Assembly: GCA_947311175.1 (NCBI GenBank)
Contig: CAMZKK010000104.1
Location: 1 to 31,455 of the forward strand
Direction: 5' to 3'
Source: an uncultured Planctomycetota bacterium
GTDB lineage: Bacteria > Planctomycetota > SZUA-567 > JAFGNG01
Length of the DNA stretch: 31,455 nucleotides
Part shown: piece after piece, positions 1-9,237 of the stretch
Layout of the letters: every line of letters begins with the position of its first letter
How positions within the stretch are numbered: position 1 is the stretch's first letter
Program-made: the position numbers and the translations under genes
The notes under the pieces: generated by a model
The model's database searches: none
What the model was told of the DNA's origin: nothing
What the model saw: only the letters and a program-made list of their open reading frames with translations

Positions 1-63
1 CGTTATCTGTGTAAACTTTACAATCTTTTAACGGAAGGGTTATTCACACCAAATTATTTTATA

Positions 64-84
64 TGAACGACAAGTGTTCGTTCA
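64..84. promoter_or_regulatory. Palindromic operator-like site TGAACGA-N7-TCGTTCA upstream of the prepilin-like gene
   Basis: Perfect 7-bp inverted arms (64-70, 78-84), about 40 bp upstream of ATG 127; the regulator is unknown. Confidence 0.45.
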
Positions 85-126
85 GCTAATTATATATATT
101 ATAATGGAAACCTGGAGGGTGTTATT

Positions 127-945
127 ATGAAAACCACAAAATCACAAATTAGTTTACTGTCGAATTGCGAAAATGAATTGACAAATCACACAGTGAACTC
201 CGCAGTTAAAAAAAATAAAAATCTATTCTCTACAAATTTAAAATCACCCGCATTAAAAACCAAGTTCACTCTTATTGAATTACTGGTAGTAATTGCAATT
301 ATTGCCATTCTCATTTCACTATTACTACCAACAATTGATTTTGCAATGGATACCGCGAAAACTGATGCATGTATGAATAACCAAAAACAAACTGTCTCGG
401 GGTTTATGATGTTTGCAAATGAGCATGATGGGTTGTTGATAGGATCACAGGATACAGATGGTGTTACAATGAGCACGTTATTTTCAGATTTTACCCTTGG
501 TGATGACGAGGGTGCTAAATGGAGAGATTTTATATGTTATGATATTTCCCCTAAATTTGGAGGTTATGTCGCAGGTAAGGTTGCAAGGTGTAATCGTGAA
601 GAAAACTCAAAAAAAATTAATGAAAAATCACCCGACAGAGGATTTGGAATGTGGGCGGATGAAAACGAATTTAATCTTTCATCAATTCAAAATGCAGGAA
701 AACGAATGTATTTTATGGGGTCGTATAAAGATTGTGGTGATGGACATGATCAGAATTCTTTAATTCAGTATGGCAGTTCGTATGGGGATCCATATCTTGC
801 ACATGTCAGCGGCACAAAAAGTAATATATCATTCCATGATGGACATGTTGAGACTCAAGATCAACAACAAATAACTAAACATTTTCTAATTTATTATTCA
901 GGATCTGAAACTTGGACTTTTCACACTAAGTTTAATACGCCATAA
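127..945 (+). CDS. Prepilin-type N-terminal cleavage/methylation domain protein with C-terminal H-X9-DG motif (PVC-type pseudopilin-like)
   Basis: [23 protein letters not shown] motif, CMNNQKQ, C-terminal [15 protein letters not shown]; GGAGG RBS upstream of the ATG. Confidence 0.9.
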   Translation: MKTTKSQISLLSNCENELTNHTVNSAVKKNKNLFSTNLKSPALKTKFTLIELLVVIAIIAILISLLLPTIDFAMDTAKTDACMNNQKQTVSGFMMFANEHDGLLIGSQDTDGVTMSTLFSDFTLGDDEGAKWRDFICYDISPKFGGYVAGKVARCNREENSKKINEKSPDRGFGMWADENEFNLSSIQNAGKRMYFMGSYKDCGDGHDQNSLIQYGSSYGDPYLAHVSGTKSNISFHDGHVETQDQQQITKHFLIYYSGSETWTFHTKFNTP

Positions 946-1006
946 TAACCAAAAATCAGATTTACTTAAAAGCAATTTATAAGCATTCAAACATAAGGAA
1001 AAAATT

Positions 1007-2491
1007 ATGCAGACAAATAACAAATCTTTATTTATTTTATTGATGGCGATGGCATTTGTTTTTGCTGTGCAGTCATCTTCTTATGCAGCTCCTAAGGCGC
1101 CAATTGTTTATGTCGCTTGGGATGGCAAGGGTGACTACAATTGTGATGGCAAAGCTGATCAGGAACAAATTAATGAGGCTTTGAAATTTGTAGCATCAAA
1201 CGATAAATTTACCACAGTTTATTTAAAGGGAAAACATACCTATTGGATTGATGAGCCGCTGGTAATCCCAAGTAATATAAAATTAACCGGTGATTCTACC
1301 GCCAAAGTTCAGTTAATAGATGGAGTTAAGTGGCCGGGAAATAAACCAATGGTAAGACAAGAGGGTGAAATCCACTGGAAGGATGATGACTTAGGAGTTG
1401 CCATATACGGAACTAAAGAAGATAAAATTTCAAATGTGGAAATTAGTGGATTTGAAATCTCCGGTGGTAAGCAAAAATTGCCGCATGGGAGATGGTATGT
1501 TATCTTGATAATGTTTAATCGAGCCTACAATATTAAAATTCACGATATGAATTTGAATAATGCCTGCGGTGATATTATTCGTATTTTTGATAACGGTGAA
1601 CCACGCAGTAAAAATATAAAAATTTACAATAATAAATTACATAGTTCCGGGCATGAGGGAATGTATCTTTTAAGAATCAAAAATTTAAAAATTTATAATA
1701 ATGAAATTACTTTGACAGAAACCAATGCCGGAATGAGAGTCGCTGATTGCACCAATATTTTAATCTATGGTAATACCATCGGAAATAGTTATGACATCAG
1801 ACCTTCCGGATATGCAGGAATATATCTTAGTATTAACGGTTATGAACCTGATACAGCGGAAATATATGATAATTATGTTTATGGTAAAACAGTGGGAATT
1901 CTTGTTTATGTTGAATATCAAGGTATGGAGTCAAAATTTGTCCATATTCATCATAACAGAATATTCAAGATTGCTCATTTCAAAAATCGTACCGATCTCC
2001 AAGGAGGAATTCGTATAATTGGTGTTCGAAATGCACTTGTAGAATACAATACAATTGAGGGAAGTGTTAAAGATGGTATTATCTTTGAATTTGGTAATGT
2101 TGGGGTAAAGACTAAATACAATGAAAAAGGAGAAGATATTTTCCCTGGTAAATTTAAAACTACTGTTCGGAACAATATCATTACTAATTGTGGTGGTTAT
2201 GGAATTACCAATTTTAGTAATACAGGAAAACATAAGTTTGATATTTCTAACAACAATATTTACAACTGTAAAGATGGTGATTATCACAATGTTAATATAA
2301 AATCTGAGGTTAAGGGTGATACTTACGAAGCTGTAAAGTATGTAAATACTGAGGGAGCTCCAGATAAAATTGACCTACATCTTGTTAAACCATCAAGTAG
2401 TTTAGCGAAAAAGGGTGCCTATGGAAGCCCGATTAAGGGATGTGAAAAGTGTAAAAAAAGAAGAGCTGCATCACGCAAAAAAGACAAATAA
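1007..2491 (+). CDS. Secreted right-handed parallel beta-helix protein, disaggregatase-like (paralogue 1)
   Basis: Sec-type signal peptide ending SSYA; VYVAWDGKGDYNCDGKADQEQINEALKFV N-terminal motif; repeated IxxNxI beta-helix rungs; AAGGA RBS. Confidence 0.85.
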   Translation: MQTNNKSLFILLMAMAFVFAVQSSSYAAPKAPIVYVAWDGKGDYNCDGKADQEQINEALKFVASNDKFTTVYLKGKHTYWIDEPLVIPSNIKLTGDSTAKVQLIDGVKWPGNKPMVRQEGEIHWKDDDLGVAIYGTKEDKISNVEISGFEISGGKQKLPHGRWYVILIMFNRAYNIKIHDMNLNNACGDIIRIFDNGEPRSKNIKIYNNKLHSSGHEGMYLLRIKNLKIYNNEITLTETNAGMRVADCTNILIYGNTIGNSYDIRPSGYAGIYLSINGYEPDTAEIYDNYVYGKTVGILVYVEYQGMESKFVHIHHNRIFKIAHFKNRTDLQGGIRIIGVRNALVEYNTIEGSVKDGIIFEFGNVGVKTKYNEKGEDIFPGKFKTTVRNNIITNCGGYGITNFSNTGKHKFDISNNNIYNCKDGDYHNVNIKSEVKGDTYEAVKYVNTEGAPDKIDLHLVKPSSSLAKKGAYGSPIKGCEKCKKRRAASRKKDK

Positions 2492-2508
2492 TCCACCAAA
2501 AATCCTAT

Positions 2509-2556
2509 TAAAGATTGTCTCTGTAAACACCAAAAAATAATCAGAGACAATCTTTA
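2509..2556. repeat. Perfect 15-bp inverted repeat with an 18-nt loop between beta-helix paralogues 1 and 2
   Basis: TAAAGATTGTCTCTG (2509-2523) and CAGAGACAATCTTTA (2542-2556) are exact reverse complements. Confidence 0.85.
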
Positions 2557-2579
2557 TTTAATCAAATAAAGGAAAATCT

Positions 2580-3971
2580 ATGTTCACCAACAAAAACACT
2601 TTATCTGTGTTTTTAATGTTTTTAGGTTTCTTTTTCATCGTTCAATTATCTTCTTATGCCTCCCCAACCGCTCCAATAGTTTATGTTGCATGGGATGGCA
2701 GTGGTGACTACAACTGTGATGGCAAAGCCGATCAAGTAGAAATAAATGAAGCATTGAAATTTATCGCAAAAAATCCCAAATTTACCACGGTTTACATAAA
2801 AGGCAAACATACCTACTGGATTGATGCCCCTCTTGTTATTCCGAGTAATATAAAATTAACCGGAGACTCAACCGCTAAGATTCAATTAATAGATAATGTT
2901 AATTGGCCCGGAAATAAGCCAATGGTTAGTCAAGAGGGCAAAGAACATTGGAATGATGGGTTGGGTGACGCAATTTACGGAACAAATGAGGATTCAATAT
3001 CAAATGTTGAAATAAGTGGTTTTGAAATTTCCGGTGGTAAGCAAAAATTACCTCCTGGGAAATGGAATGTTATTATAATGATGTTTTATCGGGCATCAAA
3101 TCTAAAAATTCACGATATGAATTTGAATAATTCTTGCGGTGATATTATTAGAATTATGGATAATGGAAAACCGAATAGTAAAGATGTCAAAATTTACAAC
3201 AATCGTCTTGCAAATTCCGGACATGAGGGAATGTATCTTGTAAGAATTACAAATCTGAGTGTATATAATAACAAGATTTTTAATACTCGCACTAATGCCG
3301 GAATAAGAGCTGGAGATTGCACAAATATTTCAATTCATGGAAATACAATAGGAAATAGTTATTATGAAACGGCTTCAGGGTATGCAGGAATATTAGTTAC
3401 TTGTAAGGGGATGAAACTCGGCTCTGCTGAAATATATGATAATTACATATATGGCAAAACAGCTGGGATTATTCTTGCGGTTAGACGACAAGGATTGGGA
3501 GTCAAGAATGTTCGTATCCATCATAATAGAATATTTAAAATTTCTCACTTTAAGGGTCGTGATGATCTTCATGGTGGTATTCGAATTGTCGGAGCACAAA
3601 ATACAATTATAGAATATAATACAATCGAAGATAGCGTTAAAGACGGTATTATATTTAGTGGGTATTCTAAGGAAAAGCTCACAACTCTTGTGCGTAATAA
3701 TATAATTAGTAATTGCGGTGGCTATGGAATAGATAATCGCTCTCCGAGAAACCACGAATTTATTCTTACCAATAACAATATTTATAACTGCACGGGTGAA
3801 TTATACCACAATTCTTCTTCTTCCTCTGATTTCCACAAAGAAGCACAATATGTTAACATTAACGGTAGTCCTGAAACAATAGATTTGCATCTTCGCAATA
3901 AAGATGCACAGATAACAAAGATTGGTGCATACGGCACCCCTGTTGAATCATATTTGATAAAGAAAAAATAA
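2580..3971 (+). CDS. Secreted right-handed parallel beta-helix protein, disaggregatase-like (paralogue 2)
   Basis: Signal peptide ending SSYA; colinear with paralogues 1 and 3 over nearly its full length; AAGGA RBS. Confidence 0.85.
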   Translation: MFTNKNTLSVFLMFLGFFFIVQLSSYASPTAPIVYVAWDGSGDYNCDGKADQVEINEALKFIAKNPKFTTVYIKGKHTYWIDAPLVIPSNIKLTGDSTAKIQLIDNVNWPGNKPMVSQEGKEHWNDGLGDAIYGTNEDSISNVEISGFEISGGKQKLPPGKWNVIIMMFYRASNLKIHDMNLNNSCGDIIRIMDNGKPNSKDVKIYNNRLANSGHEGMYLVRITNLSVYNNKIFNTRTNAGIRAGDCTNISIHGNTIGNSYYETASGYAGILVTCKGMKLGSAEIYDNYIYGKTAGIILAVRRQGLGVKNVRIHHNRIFKISHFKGRDDLHGGIRIVGAQNTIIEYNTIEDSVKDGIIFSGYSKEKLTTLVRNNIISNCGGYGIDNRSPRNHEFILTNNNIYNCTGELYHNSSSSSDFHKEAQYVNINGSPETIDLHLRNKDAQITKIGAYGTPVESYLIKKK

Positions 3972-4013
3972 ATTTAATAATCATAATTATTTGAACTAAA
4001 TAAAGGAGAAATT

Positions 4014-5393
4014 ATGCGTATAAGTAATAAATCGTCACTTATTTTATTAATGTCGGTGGCGTTTTTTTTCGTAGTGCAGTCGGTTTCCTATGCGAGGCCT
4101 AAACCGCCAACAGTTTATATCGGTTGGGGAGGTAAAGGTGATTTTCGATGTGACGGTAAAGCTGATCAAGTGCAAATTAATAAGGCTTTAAAGTTTGTTG
4201 CAAAAAATTCTAAATTCACCACCGTTTATATAAAGGGAAAACATACCTATTGGATTAATAATCCGATTGTGATTCCAAGTAATGTAAAACTTAAAGGTGA
4301 CTCAACCGCTAAGATTCAATTGGTAAATAATGTTGATTGGCCGGGTAATAAGCCGATGGTGAGACAAGCGGGTAAAGAACATTGGAATGACGGAATAGGA
4401 CCTGCCATATATGGGACTAATGTGGATTCAATAAAAAATGTTGAAATCAGTGGATTTGAAATTTCCGGAGGCAATCAAAAATTGCCTCCGGGAAAATGGT
4501 TCGTCATTATAATGATGTTTTATCGAGCATCAAATCTAAAGATTCACGATATGAATTTAAATAGTTCATGTGGTGATATTATTAGAATTATGGATAATGG
4601 TAAGCCAAATAGTAAAAATGTAAAAATTTACAAAAATCGAATGTCTGATTCCGGGCACGAAGGAATGTATCTCGTAAGGATAAAAAATCTGAGTGTATAT
4701 AAAAACAAGATTTTTAATACTCGCACCAATGCCGGGATAAGGGTTACGGATTGCACCAATGTTTCTATTTATAAAAATATTGTAGGAAATAAGTATGATG
4801 GTAATCCATCAGGCTATGCCGGAATATATGTTGAAAATAAGGGGATGAATCTTGGTTTTGCAGAAATATATAGTAATTTTGTATATGGCAAGACTGTAGG
4901 AATTCTGCTCGAAGCTGTGAGCGGTGGAACGATTAAAAATGTTAGTATTAGCCACAATAGGTTATTTAAGATTGCTGCTTTTCCGGGTAGTGATTTGCTT
5001 CATGGAGCAATTCGTATTATTGGTGCGCAAAATACTACAATAGAATATAATACAATTGTAGGTAGTGTTAAAGATGGTATTATCTTTGAAACCGGTTCTA
5101 CCGGAGGTAAACTTAAAACCATTGTTAGAAGAAATATTATTAGTAATTGTGGTGGCTATGGGATAGACAATCGAGCACCTAAGACCCATAAATTTATCCT
5201 TTCTAAAAATAATATTTATAAATGTAAAAGTAGGTCTTATCGTAATGCGTCTTCAAAATCTGACTCTCATGTAAATCTAAAATTTGTTAATATTAAAGGT
5301 TCTCGTGCAGATAAAATAGATCTTCACCTTAAGAAGAAAGCAAAGGTTGGAGCGTATGGTACCCCTGCTAAATCAAAAAGGAAAAAGAAATAA
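4014..5393 (+). CDS. Secreted right-handed parallel beta-helix protein, disaggregatase-like (paralogue 3, Lys-rich)
   Basis: Signal peptide ending VSYA; same motifs (CDGKADQ, GDIIRI, SGHEGMYL, TNAGIR); AGGAG RBS. Confidence 0.85.
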   Translation: MRISNKSSLILLMSVAFFFVVQSVSYARPKPPTVYIGWGGKGDFRCDGKADQVQINKALKFVAKNSKFTTVYIKGKHTYWINNPIVIPSNVKLKGDSTAKIQLVNNVDWPGNKPMVRQAGKEHWNDGIGPAIYGTNVDSIKNVEISGFEISGGNQKLPPGKWFVIIMMFYRASNLKIHDMNLNSSCGDIIRIMDNGKPNSKNVKIYKNRMSDSGHEGMYLVRIKNLSVYKNKIFNTRTNAGIRVTDCTNVSIYKNIVGNKYDGNPSGYAGIYVENKGMNLGFAEIYSNFVYGKTVGILLEAVSGGTIKNVSISHNRLFKIAAFPGSDLLHGAIRIIGAQNTTIEYNTIVGSVKDGIIFETGSTGGKLKTIVRRNIISNCGGYGIDNRAPKTHKFILSKNNIYKCKSRSYRNASSKSDSHVNLKFVNIKGSRADKIDLHLKKKAKVGAYGTPAKSKRKKK

Positions 5394-5417
5394 TGTAGCA
5401 TTTCTATTCCTTTAAAA

Positions 5418-5446
5418 TTGACAATTGTTGTATATCATTTTAATAT
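5418..5446 (+). promoter_or_regulatory. Putative sigma70 promoter for the GH36 gene
   Basis: TTGACA (5418-5423), 17 nt spacer, TAATAT (5441-5446). Confidence 0.35.
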
Positions 5447-5475
5447 GATAGAAATTTTAAAATATAAGGTGTATT

Positions 5476-7401
5476 ATGATTGTAAAGAAGTGGGGAGATG
5501 TTGAACTAACAGTTGATTTTACCTCTTGTGTTTATTCGATATGTTTAAATAAATTTGAAATAAAGAATTGTGAAGTAGGACTTGTTGATAATAAAAATGA
5601 ATTGATTAAAACCTCATCTTGGCAGGTGTTGAATGATTTTGAAAATTTATTAGAAATTTCAATAGAGTCGATTTTTGGAAGCTTGATTTTAGGCTTTTCT
5701 CCTCAAAAAAATTTCAATGAAATTGAAGGAATATGTTTAAGGTTGAATTTTAAAGAATTACCGAAAGTAAAGCCTCTTTCGGTAATTCCACTTTTTGTCT
5801 CTTCATTATCAATAAATCATGTCCTTGTTCACGGTAGAAATATGGGCGATTGCTCAATGATACCTGTGACTAATGCCGACGAAGAATTTTCAAGTGTTTT
5901 TCAGTGTCTTCTTACTTCAAATGAAATGTCATTACAGTTTACTCATCCTTTGCGTCAGAAAAATCATTCTGATTTTTCTGGTAAGATAGAAAATGGTTGC
6001 TTAACTAATTTTAAGGCTACTACAACTTTTGGACAAAATAACTTACCGTTAAATGCAGATTCACTCTCAATCTTTGCGGATACAGATGGACATTCTTTGA
6101 TGCAGGCGTATGGTAAAACAGAGGTTGGAATTAGAAATGCTCCAGTTAAACTTTCTCCAGGTTGGAATAGCTGGGATTATTACCGCTGGACCATTACTGA
6201 AGAAGAGGTTTTAAAAAATGCAGAATTTATAAAAAACGATACGGTGCTTAGTCAACATATTAAAAGAATAACGGTAGATGACGGCTGGCAGTATTGTTAT
6301 GGCGAATGGGATGCCAATCCGTTGTTTCCAAATGGAATGAAAAGTTTAGCTGAAAAATTAAAAGATATGGGGTTTGAACCAGGACTATGGCTTGCACCAA
6401 TGATTATAGAGCCACATGCACGAATAGCTCAATCCAATAGCGAAATGTTGGCATTAGGAGAATCGGGACTACCTTGCTTGGGTTTTGAATGTATGGGGCG
6501 TAATGGATTTTTATTAGATCCTACTCGTGACGATGTTCGCGAATGGCTTTTTAATTTGTTTTCAAGATATGTTGATTATGGATTTACTTTTTTCAAACTT
6601 GATTTCCTTGCACAAACTCTTAACGCTGTTAAATTTCACGATGCTTCAATTGGTAGAGGTGAGATTGTTAGAAAAATTCTTGAGCCAATCAGGGAAGCGA
6701 CTATTGGCAAAGCAATCTTATTGGGTTGTAATTATACCTTTGATGCCGGTAATGAACTTGTTGATTCTGTGAGAGTATCGGGTGATATTCATGCAGATTG
6801 GAATTGTATTAAGGAAAATTCACCATCAATTGCAGCTCGATTTTGGGCACAAGATTTATTGTGGGATAGCGATCCTGATTTCTCACTAGCACGGGGACCT
6901 GAAACCTCTAATGACCAAAATTTACACGCCATTAAACCAAATCTTATTTCGGTAACTCCAGAATTACCGCCATTAAATGCAGAGAGACATTTGAATTCAT
7001 TTGCCAATGCTTCAACCAAAGAAATTGAAGTCTTGTTAGGTCTAACAATTGTAAGCGGAGGGTGTATCAATTTATCAGATAAACTATCTTGTTTAAATGC
7101 TCGTGGGCTTGATATGGCACGTAGAACGGTGTCGGCTGAACGAGGAGAAGCTGCTATCCCTCAAGATTTATTTAAGTCAAATTACCCTGGATTATGGATT
7201 CAAAAAATCAAAAAAGGTTATAGGGTTCTGTTTGTTAATTGGAATGATGAGCCAAAAAATATTTATTTGAACCTTGTTGATTACGGTTTAGATATAAATA
7301 TCATGAAAAATTTTTGGACAGATGAGGTGGTGCAGATTAAAGATGGTTGTCTTGGCAAACTTTTATCACCGCATTCATCTTTGTTTTTGGAATCAATATG
7401 A
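5476..7401 (+). CDS. Glycoside hydrolase family 36 (alpha-galactosidase / alpha-N-acetylgalactosaminidase-like)
   Basis: GWNSWDYY, ITVDDGWQ, GLWLAP, FKLDF (nucleophile Asp) and RVSGD (acid/base Asp) motifs; no clear signal peptide. Confidence 0.88.
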   Translation: MIVKKWGDVELTVDFTSCVYSICLNKFEIKNCEVGLVDNKNELIKTSSWQVLNDFENLLEISIESIFGSLILGFSPQKNFNEIEGICLRLNFKELPKVKPLSVIPLFVSSLSINHVLVHGRNMGDCSMIPVTNADEEFSSVFQCLLTSNEMSLQFTHPLRQKNHSDFSGKIENGCLTNFKATTTFGQNNLPLNADSLSIFADTDGHSLMQAYGKTEVGIRNAPVKLSPGWNSWDYYRWTITEEEVLKNAEFIKNDTVLSQHIKRITVDDGWQYCYGEWDANPLFPNGMKSLAEKLKDMGFEPGLWLAPMIIEPHARIAQSNSEMLALGESGLPCLGFECMGRNGFLLDPTRDDVREWLFNLFSRYVDYGFTFFKLDFLAQTLNAVKFHDASIGRGEIVRKILEPIREATIGKAILLGCNYTFDAGNELVDSVRVSGDIHADWNCIKENSPSIAARFWAQDLLWDSDPDFSLARGPETSNDQNLHAIKPNLISVTPELPPLNAERHLNSFANASTKEIEVLLGLTIVSGGCINLSDKLSCLNARGLDMARRTVSAERGEAAIPQDLFKSNYPGLWIQKIKKGYRVLFVNWNDEPKNIYLNLVDYGLDINIMKNFWTDEVVQIKDGCLGKLLSPHSSLFLESI

Positions 7402-7445
7402 CTGAACCCAAATTCCGCAATTAATAATAAATTTAAATTCAAGCT

Positions 7446-7475
7446 TGTAGAGACGCAAGGAATTGCGTCTATACA
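7446..7475. repeat. GTAG-type REP-like hairpin TGTAGAGACGCAA-GGAA-TTGCGTCTATACA
   Basis: 13-bp arms with one mismatch; matches the GTAGAGACG...CGTCTCTAC REP style associated with RAYT nucleases; intergenic. Confidence 0.65.
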
Positions 7476-7593
7476 TTTTTTAAATGTTGCAGAATTTGAA
7501 AATGAATGGTATTATAAGTGAAATAAAATGCTGTAGTTATAGGATGACTGTGAATTTAATTGAAAATTTGCAGAATATTAAATAGAGGTATTT

Positions 7594-8409
7594 ATGAAAA
7601 TATTAATAATGACCGACATGGAGGGATGTGCCGGAGTATTGAGTCATGATGATTGGGTATTACAAAATGGGAAATTTTATAATAAAGGTGTTCGATTATT
7701 AACTGAAGAAGTTAATGCAGCTGTTCGAGGTTTTTTTTCTGCCGGAGCTAAGGAGATTTTAGTTATTGATGGCCACGGTGCAGGCGGAATTGATCCTGAG
7801 CTTCTTGATGAAAGAGTTTCTTTACAGCATGGTTGGAGCAAAGATATCTATCCATTAGGATTGGACAAAACATTTTCAGCTGTTGCCTTTGTTGGACAAC
7901 ATGCAAAGGCAGGAACACCATATTCTCACATTACCCATACCGGATGGTTTCATCGGACTGATGTAAAGGTAAATGATATTTCAATAGGAGAATACGGCTA
8001 TCTTGCTTTTTGTGCAATGGAGTTGGGGGTGCCAACTATTTTTGCAAGTGGAGAAAAGGCATTGTGTGAAGAAGCGGAAGGCTTAACTCCGGGAGTTGTG
8101 ACTGTTTCGGTAAAACAAGGGTTATTGCCTGATGGTCTTGATGAATTGGATACAGATGAATACAGAAAAGCGAAATTGAGTGCCATTCATATTTCTCCAA
8201 AAAAAGCTCGGGAGTTAATTTGTTGCAATGCAGAAAAGGCTCTTTTAAAATTACAAAAAAATCCTAAAGAATTTAAGTATCCGGAAATTAAATTACCTTA
8301 TACAATGATTGTTAAATTTAGAAAAAATGGAGAAACTGAAGCTAAGGAAATTATCTATGAGCATAAAGACAGTTTAATTTCTTTGTTCAACCTTTCAACA
8401 ATAGCTTAA
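7594..8409 (+). CDS. Peptidase M55 family (DppA-like D-aminopeptidase)
   Basis: MKILIMTDMEG (DxE Zn ligands), IDGHG, VGQHA, HITHT. Confidence 0.9.
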   Translation: MKILIMTDMEGCAGVLSHDDWVLQNGKFYNKGVRLLTEEVNAAVRGFFSAGAKEILVIDGHGAGGIDPELLDERVSLQHGWSKDIYPLGLDKTFSAVAFVGQHAKAGTPYSHITHTGWFHRTDVKVNDISIGEYGYLAFCAMELGVPTIFASGEKALCEEAEGLTPGVVTVSVKQGLLPDGLDELDTDEYRKAKLSAIHISPKKARELICCNAEKALLKLQKNPKEFKYPEIKLPYTMIVKFRKNGETEAKEIIYEHKDSLISLFNLSTIA

Positions 8410-8464
8410 CCTAAATTTTGCAGATATAATTTAAGATAATAAAACTATAGGAGAGTGTAAAATT

Positions 8465-9235
8465 ATGGCACAAAAAATGAAGATAGATGCCCATTTCCAT
8501 GTTTTAGATAGAAAGAGCAAAGGTTGGAAAAAAGATTGGCAGGAATCTATAAATATTGCAGATATGCTTGAAATAAATCAACTTTGTATTTCAATCCTTC
8601 CTCCTAACAAACATGCCGAACCAAATGAATTCAGAAGAGTAAATGACGATGTTCTGCAAGCAATGAAGAATTATCCGGGGAGATATTTAGGATATGCCTT
8701 TGTTAATCCAGGTTATTCAGCTGAAGCAGTAAGAGAAATAGAAAGATGTATTAATGCAGGAATGGTAGGGGTTAAACTATATTCAGCATATACTATTGAT
8801 GATGCAACAACTGAACCGATAATAGAAAAATGTATAGAACTTGGAGTGCCAATTCTTATGCATGCCGGATATGCTCATGTAGATATGGGGCAACCCACAC
8901 TTTCTTCGGCAATTCATTTTACAAATATTGCGAAAAAATATCCTGAAGCAATGTTGATTGAAGCTCATATTGGTGGAGGTGGTGATTGGGAATGGTCTAT
9001 TAAACAATTAAAAAAATGCCCATCTGTTTTTCTTGATACTGGGGGAAGTGTTGTCGATGAGGGAATGATAGAGATGGCAATAAAAGAGTTGGGGGTTGAG
9101 CGTATTCTTTTTGCTACTGATTGTTCTATGTTTGCCGGGGTTGGAAAAATATTAGGAGCCAATATATCTGAACTACAACGGGAGAAGGTTTTTTCAGGAA
9201 ATTTCCAGAAAATTCTTGCAAAAAGAAAGGTATAA
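8465..9235 (+). CDS. Amidohydrolase family protein (Amidohydro_2 TIM barrel), metal ligands intact
   Basis: IDAHFH (HxH), ILMHAG, EAHIGGG, ILFATD. Confidence 0.88.
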   Translation: MAQKMKIDAHFHVLDRKSKGWKKDWQESINIADMLEINQLCISILPPNKHAEPNEFRRVNDDVLQAMKNYPGRYLGYAFVNPGYSAEAVREIERCINAGMVGVKLYSAYTIDDATTEPIIEKCIELGVPILMHAGYAHVDMGQPTLSSAIHFTNIAKKYPEAMLIEAHIGGGGDWEWSIKQLKKCPSVFLDTGGSVVDEGMIEMAIKELGVERILFATDCSMFAGVGKILGANISELQREKVFSGNFQKILAKRKV

Positions 9236-9237
9236 AA

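Noticed and set aside
1007-5393. Paralogue repeats as DGR target/template or a recent gene conversion tract
   Set aside because: No reverse transcriptase; differences are spread over all bases and largely synonymous, not adenine-specific; no long identical tracts noticed.
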